25,750 nucleotides of DNA from an uncultured Deferribacteres bacterium (lineage in GTDB: Bacteria > Zhuqueibacterota > Zhuqueibacteria > Zhuqueibacterales > Geothermadaptataceae), in the NCBI GenBank assembly GCA_964014485.1, contig CAXHAT010000114.1, positions 1 through 25,750 of the forward strand, in the 5' to 3' direction. Position 1 is the stretch's first letter. The number at the start of each line of letters is the position of its first letter. The notes below the pieces were generated by a model, which saw nothing but the letters and a program-made list of their open reading frames with translations, was not told the DNA's origin and did not search any database. This document shows positions 9,401 through 18,900 of the stretch, piece after piece. The position numbers and the translations under genes are program-made.

Positions 9401-11169
9401 GGCAAAATTTCTATGCCGACAAGCCGTTCCGCAAAGTACACTTGCCGACCTACGCCTGGCAAAAGCAACGCTACTGGTTCGCCAAAAAGAACGATGGATT
9501 TGCCAGCGCCGAGCCGGAAAAAGCGCCGAATTGGCGCGATCTCGTCACCGCCGGAGAGCATCAGGCGGAGCATATTCCGCTCAATTTACACATCCACACC
9601 TACGCCGAGAAATGGGCGGGACTGGACAAATTGACCAAAGCTTACATCGCCAAAACCTTGCACGAGTTGGGCGCGTTCACCCAGGCGGGCGACAAATACA
9701 CGATCCCGGAATTCCTGCAAAAATTCCACGTCGCCGACACCTACCGTCATCTGATGGCGCGCTGGTTCGACAAACTGATCGAAGAGAACTGGCTCGAAAA
9801 AGACGGCGACGCTTACCGAGCCCCGAACTCGCTGCCGCAGCCCGATCTCGAAGCAATGCTCGTTGAGACGCGTAAACTGCTGGCGGAGATTCCCGAACTT
9901 TTCGAATACATTGAGCGTTGCGGCGGCCTGCTCGCAAAAGTCATCACTGAAAAAGAGAGCGCTCTGGAGACGCTGTTTCCGGGCGGCACGTACAAAACCG
10001 CCGATTTTCTTTACCATCGATGGGGCTTGCCGCTTTATTTCAACGGCATCGCGCGGGCGCTGGCGGAAGCGGCGGTGCGGACGATGCCGAGCGCGCAAAA
10101 AATCAAGATTCTGGAGATCGGCGCGGGCACGGGCGGCACCAGCGCACAGGTTTTCCCGATCCTGCCGCCGGAGCGCACCGAGTATCATTACACCGATCTG
10201 TCGGAGTTTTTTCACAGCGACGCGCAGGCGCGCTTCAAGAATTTTCCGTTCATCAAGTACGGCATTTACAACGCAGAGCAAAGTGGCGCGGAGCAGGGCT
10301 ACGGCGCGCACGATTTTGACATTGTGATCGCGGCCAACGTGATCCACGCCACGCGCAACCTTTACGAAACGCTGCAAAACGTCCACGATCTGCTCAAGCC
10401 GGGCGGCGTGTTCATTCTTTACGAGACCATCTCCCAGCCGTCATGGTTCGAAATCACCATCAGCCTGATCGAGGGGTGGCAGATTTTTGAGGACGATCTG
10501 CGCGACGATCATCCGCTCATGCCCGCTGAAAAATGGGAGAATGTCCTGCGTAAAACCGGCTTTGAAAACGTGGCGACCTTCCCGAAAAGCGATTTGCCAA
10601 CAGAAATTTTGGCCCAGAACGTCCTCATAGCGCAAACGCCGTTGGCCGACAAGGGCGCGGCGAAACAAGCGATTGCCGCGACCGCCGGAACAATGGAAAA
10701 CGGCGCGGTGAACGGCGAAGCAACGCAAGCTCCGGAGCTGGAAAACGCGGCGGAATCTCTGCTCGCGACGCTCAACGACCTGCCCGAAACCGAGCGCTTC
10801 GGCGCGCTGATCGACTACACGCGCAAGCACGTGCTCAAAGTCCTGCGCCGCGACCCGAACGCGAATTTGGGACGACACGAGCGCCTGATGGACATTGGCG
10901 TGGATTCGCTCATGGCCGTGGAACTGCGTAACAACCTCGCCGCCGGCGCCGGTCTCGACGAAAACCTGCCCGCCACCCTGATTTTCGACTACTCCAACAT
11001 CGAAAGCATCGCAAAACTGCTCGAAGACGAACTGTTCGGTGAAAAAGAAACGGTCGCCGAGTCCGCGCAAACGCCGGTCGAAGAAAACGCGCAGGGTACG
11101 GATGTTTCGGGGATGTCGGATGATGATGTGGAGGCGATGTTGATTCAAAAACTGGACGATTTGGGGTAA
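6373..11169 (+). CDS. Type I modular PKS (PKS-2): docking-KS-AT-cMT-ACP, no reductive domains
   Basis: AAGGA RBS upstream. KS DTACSSS, HGTGT, NIGH; AT GQGSQ, GHSVG, VSRAFHS; MT LEIGAGTGG, ANVIHAT; ACP GVDSLM. No DH, ER or KR motifs. Confidence 0.97.
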   Translation: MTRTSKPQQELSPVKRAIVELREMRQRVDELEREKHEPIAIVGIGCRYPGGVKSPDDFWNLLANGVDAISEIPADRWDIERLYDPEGKSPGKMSTKFGGFLDDVDQFDADFFGVSPREAASLDPQQRLLLEVSWEALEHAGLANDKLKGGKTGVYFGVGGFDYSQLEATQGSIEEIDAYFATGAAHSCASGRISYFLGLQGPSLSVDTACSSSLVATHLAAKALRSKECNMALAGGISMILAPTINIGLSKANMMAPDGRCKTFDESADGFVRSEGCGVIVLKRLSDALADNDSILAVIRGSAINQDGRSNGLTAPNGPSQRRVIRDALVDAEVDPENISYVETHGTGTDLGDPIEIQALGSVMRTEKGAHRLAVGSVKTNIGHAEGAAGVAGLIKVVLAMQNQTIPPHLHLKSRNPKINWNEHSFDIPTENTAWEPINGKRLAGVSSFGFSGTNAHVILEEHADARSAAPNSHPGRGKGWVKQSSEHSKTSEDIPLPPFEGGMTRASKTHSDSPLRRGAGGDVNHAAVLTLSAKRPEALRDLAQKHAEHLEDNPNLELNDICGTTSTGRFNFDHRLAVVAKSTQDFQKQLTAYAENAEHRAITGSVTSLHQPNIVFLFTGQGSQYFGMAKSLYESEPVFKNALDRCDENLREHLGDSILDVIFDKNALENVIDSRLRENDIVEGDGNSRSHALRGNAAQDASRPVTTADSAEQGSISEGGARDLPTPNPSQDGNSSDASRPAIDQTRFTQPSLFAVEYALAELWQSWGIKPAAVMGHSVGEYVAATVAGAMTLEDGLKLITMRGKLMQEKTEPGTMIAVFAELGEVEKLVENHQDSLAIAAVNGPQNIVVSGKTDAIQEIVKICDEREIKHKKLAVSRAFHSPTMDPILDDFEKAAASVTQNPLKTPMVSNLTGETLQPGETLDAKYWSEHIRQPVQFVKSMQALWNDGQRVFLEIGANPVLLGMAQRFAEGDAAKSVWLPSLRKGREDMEQMLETLGQLYVRGVKIDWQNFYADKPFRKVHLPTYAWQKQRYWFAKKNDGFASAEPEKAPNWRDLVTAGEHQAEHIPLNLHIHTYAEKWAGLDKLTKAYIAKTLHELGAFTQAGDKYTIPEFLQKFHVADTYRHLMARWFDKLIEENWLEKDGDAYRAPNSLPQPDLEAMLVETRKLLAEIPELFEYIERCGGLLAKVITEKESALETLFPGGTYKTADFLYHRWGLPLYFNGIARALAEAAVRTMPSAQKIKILEIGAGTGGTSAQVFPILPPERTEYHYTDLSEFFHSDAQARFKNFPFIKYGIYNAEQSGAEQGYGAHDFDIVIAANVIHATRNLYETLQNVHDLLKPGGVFILYETISQPSWFEITISLIEGWQIFEDDLRDDHPLMPAEKWENVLRKTGFENVATFPKSDLPTEILAQNVLIAQTPLADKGAAKQAIAATAGTMENGAVNGEATQAPELENAAESLLATLNDLPETERFGALIDYTRKHVLKVLRRDPNANLGRHERLMDIGVDSLMAVELRNNLAAGAGLDENLPATLIFDYSNIESIAKLLEDELFGEKETVAESAQTPVEENAQGTDVSGMSDDDVEAMLIQKLDDLG
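7786..7946. repeat. Composite in-frame repeat cluster just after the PKS-2 KS: family C (7786-7817) and a family B pair (7853-7883, 7911-7946)
   Basis: AATTCCCATCCTGGGAGGGGTAAGGGGTGGGT is the reverse complement of 8547-8578 with 2 mismatches. Also ACATCCCCCTACCCCCCTTCGAAGGGGGAAT and CTCCCCCCTTCGAAGGGGGGCTGGGGGGGATGTAAA. Confidence 0.93.
8386..8598. repeat. Composite in-frame repeat cluster in the PKS-2 AT loop: internally deleted family A, family D, family C and a GGACGC hairpin
   Basis: GTCAT+AGATTCCCGCCTGCGCGAGAATGAC (8386-8415); CTCGTTCCCATGCTTTGCGTGGGAATGCA (8438-8466); GGATGCTTCGCGTCC (8472-8486); ACCCACCCCTAACCCCTCCCAAGATGGGAATT (8547-8578); CGGACGCTTCGCGTCCG (8582-8598). Confidence 0.93.
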
Positions 11170-11209
11170 GTATAGATATTTTCTTGATCTAAAAACGAAA
11201 GGAAGAACT

Positions 11210-11884
11210 TTGGCAGAGCATCTAATACAAATGGATCAAGATGATAATTCGGAATATAAGAAGCTAGTGGATGAGCACAATAAGCTCATTATGAAGTATG
11301 ATAGCTTCATGACTGAACTCAGCGAAATCGATAGAATTCCACTATTTTTTCTTTTTGGATTAAAATCAAGACTGAAGAAATTCCTTGGTTATGAAAAAGA
11401 ACTTAAGGAAGAATTCATGAAATGGTATCAGAGGGCATCTAAGTTTGTCAATGAACCTACCTATAATATCCCACAATCTGCTCATGGCGGACTTACTTTT
11501 GTTCATTTTACTACTCTTATGGCCTATCGAATTTCAGATGTGAATACTTTTGTGACTTTGTTCTCTGAAAGTCTTGTTCAAACTAAAAACGCTTATGAAA
11601 ACAGAAAAAGTATGCTCATAGCGGTTGCTGGTATTATTATCTCAATCATACCTGCAATCTATTCTTTCTTTTTTGATAAAAGCTTCGATGAAATATTTCG
11701 GTCTTCTGATCTTAATTGTCAAGTTCAGGAAATCGCTACTCAACTTGACAGCATCTATGAGAACTTTCCGGAATTTGAAAAATTTGGTGTTCAGAATCAG
11801 ACAATCATTCTCCAATTTGAAGAACGTCTCAGAAAACTTGAGCAAGTGGATAGCCTGCTTTCGTTGACTGGCAAGAAGCCTTAG
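11210..11884 (+). CDS. Hypothetical protein with one predicted transmembrane helix; AT-rich, probably foreign
   Basis: 224-codon ORF with a TTG start preceded by AAGGAAG; hydrophobic stretch MLIAVAGIIISIIPAIYSFFF; visibly more AT-rich than the flanking PKS genes. No family recognised. Confidence 0.7.
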   Translation: MAEHLIQMDQDDNSEYKKLVDEHNKLIMKYDSFMTELSEIDRIPLFFLFGLKSRLKKFLGYEKELKEEFMKWYQRASKFVNEPTYNIPQSAHGGLTFVHFTTLMAYRISDVNTFVTLFSESLVQTKNAYENRKSMLIAVAGIIISIIPAIYSFFFDKSFDEIFRSSDLNCQVQEIATQLDSIYENFPEFEKFGVQNQTIILQFEERLRKLEQVDSLLSLTGKKP

Positions 11885-12082
11885 ATAATGCTCTTTCAAA
11901 CCAAAATTCAGACAAAAATTGCTCTGTTAGAAGAACAACTCGCTGATGCAGGCTGAAGATAGCGCTCCAAGCGTTTACAGTTGCTTCGGCTGTCCTGAGT
12001 ATTTACATTATCCGGCAGCAACTGTTTTGAGCGTCGCCAAATTCAAGGGCAGCCAAAAGGATTTACTATTTGGGTGATCGTG

Positions 12083-12328
12083 ATGGTTAAAGCATACGAA
12101 GAAGTGATCGATTTTATCGCCGCTGGGACGAGTCCGGCGGGCCTCGTTAGTTATGAGCCTTCGCACGCCGCGAAAGAACGCGTCGCGGATTTGATTTACC
12201 GCGAAAAAACGAGCGGGCTCTCAGCGGAGGAAAAATCCGAGCTGGATCATTACATGCAGTTAGAGCATATCATGAGGCTGGCAAAGGCTCGGGCACACAA
12301 ACACTTGGCTGATGAACAGGTATATTAG
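12083..12328 (+). CDS. Small helical protein overlapping the HNH nuclease gene (putative antitoxin-like partner)
   Basis: 81 aa from ATG 12083 (alternative GTG at 12074). The segment LIYREKTSGLSAEEKSELDHYMQLEHIMRLAKARA resembles small proteins I recall preceding this type of HNH gene. Overlaps the HNH ORF by 17 bp. The function is inferred. Confidence 0.75.
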   Translation: MVKAYEEVIDFIAAGTSPAGLVSYEPSHAAKERVADLIYREKTSGLSAEEKSELDHYMQLEHIMRLAKARAHKHLADEQVY

Positions 12329-12752
12329 CGATGAAATTCGCGAAATAGACGCCGCCCGCGCGAATTATTTATGCGAATACTGTTTAATCCACGAGAACGA
12401 TACGTTCTTAAAATGTCAGGTTGACCACATCATCAGTTTGAAGCATTCGGGAGAGACGGAACTGGACAATCTGGCTTACGCGTGCGCGAATTGTAATCGG
12501 AACAAAGGCAGCGACATTGGCTCGATCTTACAGCCTGCCAAAGAATTTCTGCGGTTCTTTAATCCGAGAACGGATGTTTGGGCGGAGCATTTTGAATTTG
12601 AAGAAACGATAATCCAACCGTTGACCGGAATTGCCAAAGTGACCGCGCAGATTTTAGCTTTTAACCACATTGACCGAATTATAGAGCGCCAGACCTTGAT
12701 TGAGCTCGGCAGGCACCCAAGTTTAGCTGCACTTAAACATATGGAAAAATAG
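12312..12752 (+). CDS. HNH endonuclease (zinc-binding, McrA/HNHc-like)
   Basis: CEYC...QVDHIISLKHSGETELDNLAYACANCNRNKG followed by FFNPRTDVWAEHF. Confidence 0.93.
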   Translation: MNRYISDEIREIDAARANYLCEYCLIHENDTFLKCQVDHIISLKHSGETELDNLAYACANCNRNKGSDIGSILQPAKEFLRFFNPRTDVWAEHFEFEETIIQPLTGIAKVTAQILAFNHIDRIIERQTLIELGRHPSLAALKHMEK

Positions 12753-12766
12753 ATTATACGCAGAGG

Positions 12767-12863
12767 CAGCCTGAAGGCTGAACTACAAACGACCATGCTT
12801 TCCTCAACGCTTGGAGTCGTAGAGCGCCCTGTCGTTTGTAGTTCACCCCGAAGCGTCGGGGTG
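12767..12863. repeat. Intergenic GTAG-tagged REP-like doublet (family E)
   Basis: CAGCCTGAAGGCTGAACTACAAACGAC ... GTCGTTTGTAGTTCACCCCGAAGCGTCGGGGTG; 15 bp perfect inverted repeat at 12779-12793 / 12831-12845, each arm with its own hairpin. Confidence 0.85.
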
Positions 12864-12933
12864 TTTTGCGGAATTTGAATCTTCGAAATAAAATGGGGCG
12901 AACGACGCATCTTTGAATTAAACGAGAAAGTTG

Positions 12934-15900
12934 ATGACCCGCACCACGAACACGCAACAAGAACTTTCGCCGTTAAAACGCGCTTTTTTGAAAATTGAGG
13001 AATTGGAGCGCAAGCTCAAATCCGCGCAAGACGCCGCCGTGCACGAGCCGATTGCCATTATCGGTATGGCATGCCGCTTTCCCGGCGGCTGCGACACGCC
13101 GGAGAAATTCTGGCAACTCCTGCGCGACGGCCGCGACGCGGTCGGCGACATTCCGTCCGAGCGCTGGGACGTTGACGCGCTCTACGATCCCGATCCGAAC
13201 GCGCCGGGGAAAATTTTCACCCGCCGGGGCGCGTTTCTCAAAAACGTCGATCATTTCGATCCGCAATTTTTCGGCGTCTCGCCGCGCGAGGCGATGAGTC
13301 TCGACCCGCAGCAGCGCCTGCTTCTGGAAACCGCCTGGGAAGCGTTGGAAAACGCCGGACAAGCGCCGGACGCGCTCAAGGAATCCCTCACCGGCGTGTT
13401 TCTGGCGATGTGCAAAACCGACTACGCCGAACTCCAGCTTGCGACCAACGATCCCGTCTTTCTTGACACCTACTACGCCTCCGGCAACGCCTACAGCACC
13501 GCCGCCGGACGCATCGCCTACATTCTCGGGTTGCAAGGCGCCTGCCTGACCGTGGACACGGCGTGTTCGTCTTCGCTGGTCGCCACGCATCTCGCCTGCC
13601 GCAGTTTGCGTGCGCGGGAGAGCAATTTGGCGCTGGTCGGCGGCGTGAATCTCGTGCTCTCGCCCAACAACACCATCACTTTTTCAAAATCGTCCATGCT
13701 CGCCGCGGACGGTCGCTGCAAAACCTTCGACGCTTCGGCGGATGGCTTTGTGCAGGGCGAAGGCTGCGCCATGATCGCGCTCAAACGCCTCTCTGATGCA
13801 CAAAAAGACGGCGATCCGATTATGGCGGTGATTCGCGGCACGGCAATCAACCAGGACGGCGCGAGCAGCGGCTTGACCGCGCCGAACGGCTCATCGCAGC
13901 AGGCGGTGATTAACACGGCTTTGCGCGACGCTGGCTTGCAGCCTCGGGACGTCGATTACGTCGAGACGCACGGCACGGGAACCTCGCTGGGCGATCCGAT
14001 TGAAGTGCAAGCTTTGGGCGCGGCGTTGGGCAAGGGACGACCATCTGAGAATCCGCTATTGCTTGGCGCGGTAAAAAGCAACGTCGGGCATTTGGAAGCG
14101 TGCGCAGGATTGGCCGGACTGTTCAAACTCGTGTTATCGTTGCAAAATCGGCAATTGCCCGCTTCATTGCATTTCAACAAGCCGAATCCGTTCATTCCCT
14201 GGCAAAAACTGCCAGTGAAGGTGGTTACGGAATTGTCCGATTGGCAGGCGCACGACGGCAAACGTCGCGGCGGGTTGAGCGCGTTTGGCTTCAGCGGCAC
14301 GAACGCACATGTGATTGTGGAAGAGTATTGCGATGACACGCCGGTTGAGCGAGCGCCTTCGCATCCTGCGCAGATTTTGACTTTGTCGGCGTTTGATAAA
14401 AAGGCTTTGGATGCGCAGGTTGAGCGGTTTTGTACGGAGTTCAGCCCGAACCGTCGGGATGCTTTTGAGAGCGGCGAGATCCCGAAAGACACGCTAAAGC
14501 GTGAACTCCATACGTTTGGCGACATCTGTTTTTCAGCAAACACTGGGCGGGCGGATTTACAGCATCGCATTGCGCTGCAAGCGAAGGATTTTAAGGAACT
14601 CAAAAATAAGCTTGCGGAGCTGAAAAACGACGAATTGCCCGACGGAGTAGTGCGCGGCGTTTTGGAGAGTCCGGACAAGCCGAAGCTGGCGTTTTTGTTT
14701 ACCGGGCAAAGTTCGCAGTACGCCGGGATGGGGCGGAAATTGTATGAGACCGAGCCGGTTTTCCGGCAGGCGCTGGATCAATGTGCAGCGATTTTGCGGG
14801 ATGAGCTTGACGCGCCGTTTTTGGAGGTGGTTTTCGATGAAGACTCCGAGATTAATTCTGTTTTTGATGAAGTGGGAACGTCTGGAAAACCCACCCCTAA
14901 ACCCTCCCCGGAGGGGAATTTGGACGCTTCGCGTTCGGGGGTTATCGATCAAACCGCCTACACCCAACCCGCGCTATTCGCGATTGAATACGCTCTGGCG
15001 CAGTTGTGGTTGTCTTGGGGGATCAAGCCGGACGCATTGATGGGGCATAGCGTCGGCGAGTATGTAGCGGCGTGTGTGGCGGGGATTTTTGGTTTGGAAG
15101 ACGGCTTGAGATTGATCGCGGCGCGCGGGCGGTTGATGCAAAACCTGCCGCAAGACGGCGCGATGGTCGCAGTATTTGCTCCCGAAGAAATTACTCGCGG
15201 GGAGTTGCATGGATTCGAAGATCGACTCAGCGTTGCTGCGCTGAACGGGCCGGAGAACACGGTGATCAGCGGGGAGAAAGGCGCGATTGACGAAATTCTT
15301 AAATCGTTCGACAAAAACGAAATCAAGTACAAAGCGCTCACCGTTTCGCACGCTTTTCATTCGCCGTTGATGGCGCCGATGCTCGACGAATTTGAAAAAA
15401 TCGCCACTGGGGTAAAATTCTTGCCGCCGAAGATCGGGCTGGTTTCGAATCTCACCGGCAAAATTGAGCCGGGCAAGACGTTCGCCGATCCGAAATACTG
15501 GCGCAGGCATATTCGCGATGCGGTTCAATTCCTGCCGTCGATGCAATTCTTGGAAGCGAAAGGCTACCGCCATTTTCTTGAGATCGGGCCGCACCCGACG
15601 CTTTCCGGCATGGGCGCGCGCTGCGTTGAAAATTCTTGCGAGTGGCTGCCGTCGTTGCGGCGCGGGCGGGATGATTTTGAGACGATTTTGACGGCAGTGC
15701 AAAAGCTTTACGTGCAGGGTTTCAACATCGATTGGGACGGATTCTATCAGCATGAAAAACATCGCAAAGTACGCTTGCCGAATTATCCGTTCAATCGAAA
15801 ACCTTACTGGTACACGGCGCTTTCATCTGGCGGACAGGAAAGTGCTGCGGCGAATTTGAGCGTTGTTGCAGACAAAAACGTGCATCCGATTTTGGGAAGA

Positions 15901-18900
15901 CGGCTCAACACGCCAACGCTGAATGACATTTTATTTGAATCTCAGATCAGTCTGGCGACCGCGCCGTTTGTCGCGGATCATGAAGTGCATGGCGCGATTG
16001 TGCTGCCGGGTGCAGCGTATTTTGAGATACTCGCCTCCGCCGCCGATCAGGTTTTTGGCAAGGGCGCTCACATAATCGAAGCCCTTGATTTGCGGGAAGC
16101 GTTGGTTTTGGATGAGAAAAGCCAGCGGACGGTGCAGGTTGTTTTTTCACCTGAAAAAGATGGTGAAATTGCGTCGAAGAACGGGGCGGCGGATGCAGCG
16201 CGGTCTCTGAAATTCCAGATTATTAGTTTTGAAAATGATCTGGACGAAGAAGCGCCAGAATGGACGATTCATGCGGCCGGGAAAATTCAGGAATCTTTAC
16301 AACACGTCATTCCCGCCCCGAATAAGTCGGGAGGAATCCAGAATGAGCAGCGCTCCTTAGATTCCCGCCTGCGCGGGAACGACGTGTCACTGGACGCGGA
16401 GCGTCCGAGTATGCATGACGACGGAGACCGTCGTCACGAGACGGACGAAGCGTCGAAGACGCGCGAAAGCTCCCCCCTTCGAAGGGGGGCTGGGGGGGAT
16501 GTAAACAAACGTTCTCATTCTTCTCCAACGCCGAAAAACATCCCCCTAACCCCCTTCGAAGGGGGAATGACTGGCGCGCCTTCGGCACGCTCGATGGATT
16601 CCTCCCGACTTATTCGGGACGGGAATGACGTGTTGGTAGGAATTCGTGAGTCGTTGACTCAGGAAGTTTCTCATGAAGTATTTTATGCAGACCTGCACGA
16701 ACGCGGGTTGAATTTCGGCGATTTGTTTCATGGCGTGCAGAAAGTCTGGCGTGCGGACGGGCAGGCGTTGGCGGAGATTCAATTGCCGGAAGTTTTGGCT
16801 GCGGAACAATCGCGCTACAAAATGCACCCGGTTTTGCTCGACGCTTGTCTGCAAATCATAGGAACGGCGACGCACGGCTGGGGCGGGGAAGATGATGCGA
16901 AGGACGTTTACATGCCGCTGGGGGCGGGACGGATTTCGATCTTCGAATCACCGCAAGGGACGACGCTTTTCAGTCACGCCGAGCTTGAGAGCGGCGATGC
17001 GACAGGCGGCGATACGATGTCCGCGACGGTCAAAATTTATGATGAGAACGGCGAGCCGGTTGCACTGGTTGAACGCTTGCAGTTGAAGCGAGTGACCGCC
17101 GATCAATTGCGTCAATCGATGCGGGCGAATTATGATGATTGGTTTTATCACGTTGACTGGGAAGAAAAGCCGCTGGCGGAAAAACCGACGGCGCGGCGGG
17201 TGGATTTCGTTCCGGAGTCGGCGAAGCTCGGGGAAATCATGCTGCCGGAATTGCAGAAGCTCACCGACGAATTCGGCATGCGGCGCTACGACGATTTGCT
17301 GCCGCTTTTGGATAAGCTTGGTTTTGCTTACATCGTTGAAGCTTTCAAATCGTGGGGATTCGAATTTTCCGAAGGGCAAAAAATTACCGCTGAAGATGCG
17401 GCGAAAAAATGCGGCATAATCGAGCAGCACCAGGGGCTTTTCGTGCGATTGCTGGAAATTCTTGCTGAAGAAAATATTTTGAACCGAGAAAATGATGGCT
17501 GGGTCGTTTGCGAAGCGCCGGAGATTGCCGCCCCGGAAACCTTGTTCAAAGAGATTGCTGAGGAATACAACGTCGAGCAACCGGAGTTGATTTTTATCCG
17601 ACGCGGCGGCGAGAAGTTGGCTGAAGTGCTGCGCGGCGAGTACGATCCGCTGCAAGTGCTTTTCCCCGGCGGTTCGCACGAGATTGCGGATCGACTCTAT
17701 CAAGAATCGCCGGGCGCGCGTGTTTACAACAGCGTGGCGAAGCGGGCGCTGGCGGAGGTGGTTGACAATCTACCGAAGGATCGGAAAATCCGCGTTCTGG
17801 AAGTCGGCGCAGGCACGGGCGGCACGACGTCATTCATTCTCGATGCTTTTCCGTCGGATCGGACAGAGTATGTTTTCACCGACGTCGGCGCGGCGTTTTT
17901 GCCGAAAGCGCGAGAGAAATTTGGCGAATATTCGTTCGTCGAGTACAAGGTTTTGGACATCGAACGCGACCCTTTGGCGCAGGGATTTGAAGCGAATTCT
18001 TTTGATCTGGTGATCTCGGCCAACTGCGTTCATGCGACGCGCGATTTGACTGAAACGCTGGCGCACATTCGCCAACTCATGGCGCCGTCGGGATTGCTCA
18101 TGCTTCTGGAAGGCATTCAGCCGCAGCGCTGGATCGATTTGACTTTTGGGCTGACGGACGGCTGGTGGCGATTCACAGACACGGATGTGCGCGAGAATTA
18201 TCCGTTGATTGGTCATCACGAGTGGTCTTCGTTATTTACGAAAATTGGGTTTGAAGACGTTCAGACGATTCCGGGCGAAGACGAAAACAGCCGGGCGCTT
18301 TTGCAGAACGCAATTCATGTGGCGCGTGCGCCGAAAGCGGCGTTTGCTTCAAATGAAGGTTTGTCAAAGGGCCGCTGGCTCATTTTTGCAAACAACGATG
18401 ATGCGGGAGAAAAGCTTGCCGGGCAATTGGAAAACGAGCGCGGCGAAGAAGCGGTCATTGTTTTTCCTGGTAATGAGTTTGAGCTTGAAAGCGACGGTCG
18501 ATTCAGCATCGATCCAGCCAACGCCGAGCATTATCAACGGCTGTTTGCCGAGGCGTTTGTCGAGCGAGAAATTGCGTGTGCCGGAGTCGTTCATTTGTGG
18601 GGACTGGACGCCGCCTCTTCCACGTCATTCCCGCGCAGGCGGGAATCTATGAGCGTGTTCCGAGAATTGGATTTCCGCCTGCGCGGGAATGACGTGGTTG
18701 AGAAAACTGAAAAAAACGTCTCATTAGCACCGGGCTTCAGCCCGGTGAAAAGCGGAAACCGCCCTCTCTTTATTCCGCCCCGCCGGCGGGGCGGAATAGA
18801 GGGGGAGAAGGCTCTGCACCGGAACCCCGCTCTAAAGAGCGGGGCTAATGAGAAAGAAGCCAATGTGATCGATTCTCAGGACTTAAGCAGTCGTAGTGTT

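Noticed and set aside
11977..12025. 9 bp inverted repeat ACAGTTGCT/AGCAACTGT upstream of the small-protein/HNH pair, and a 22-codon ORF starting at 11888
   Set aside because: Too short to support; it could be an operator or a gene remnant but there is no independent evidence.
14830..14872. 13 bp near-direct repeat GTTTTYGATGAAG (VFDE twice) before the family C element
   Set aside because: Both copies lie on the same side of the element, so it is not a target-site duplication; probably a small local in-frame duplication.
16300..16635. Large in-frame inserts as inteins or self-splicing introns
   Set aside because: No intein terminal motifs (N-terminal C/S with C-terminal HN) and no group I/II intron features are recognisable; the inserts are built from the repeat families.
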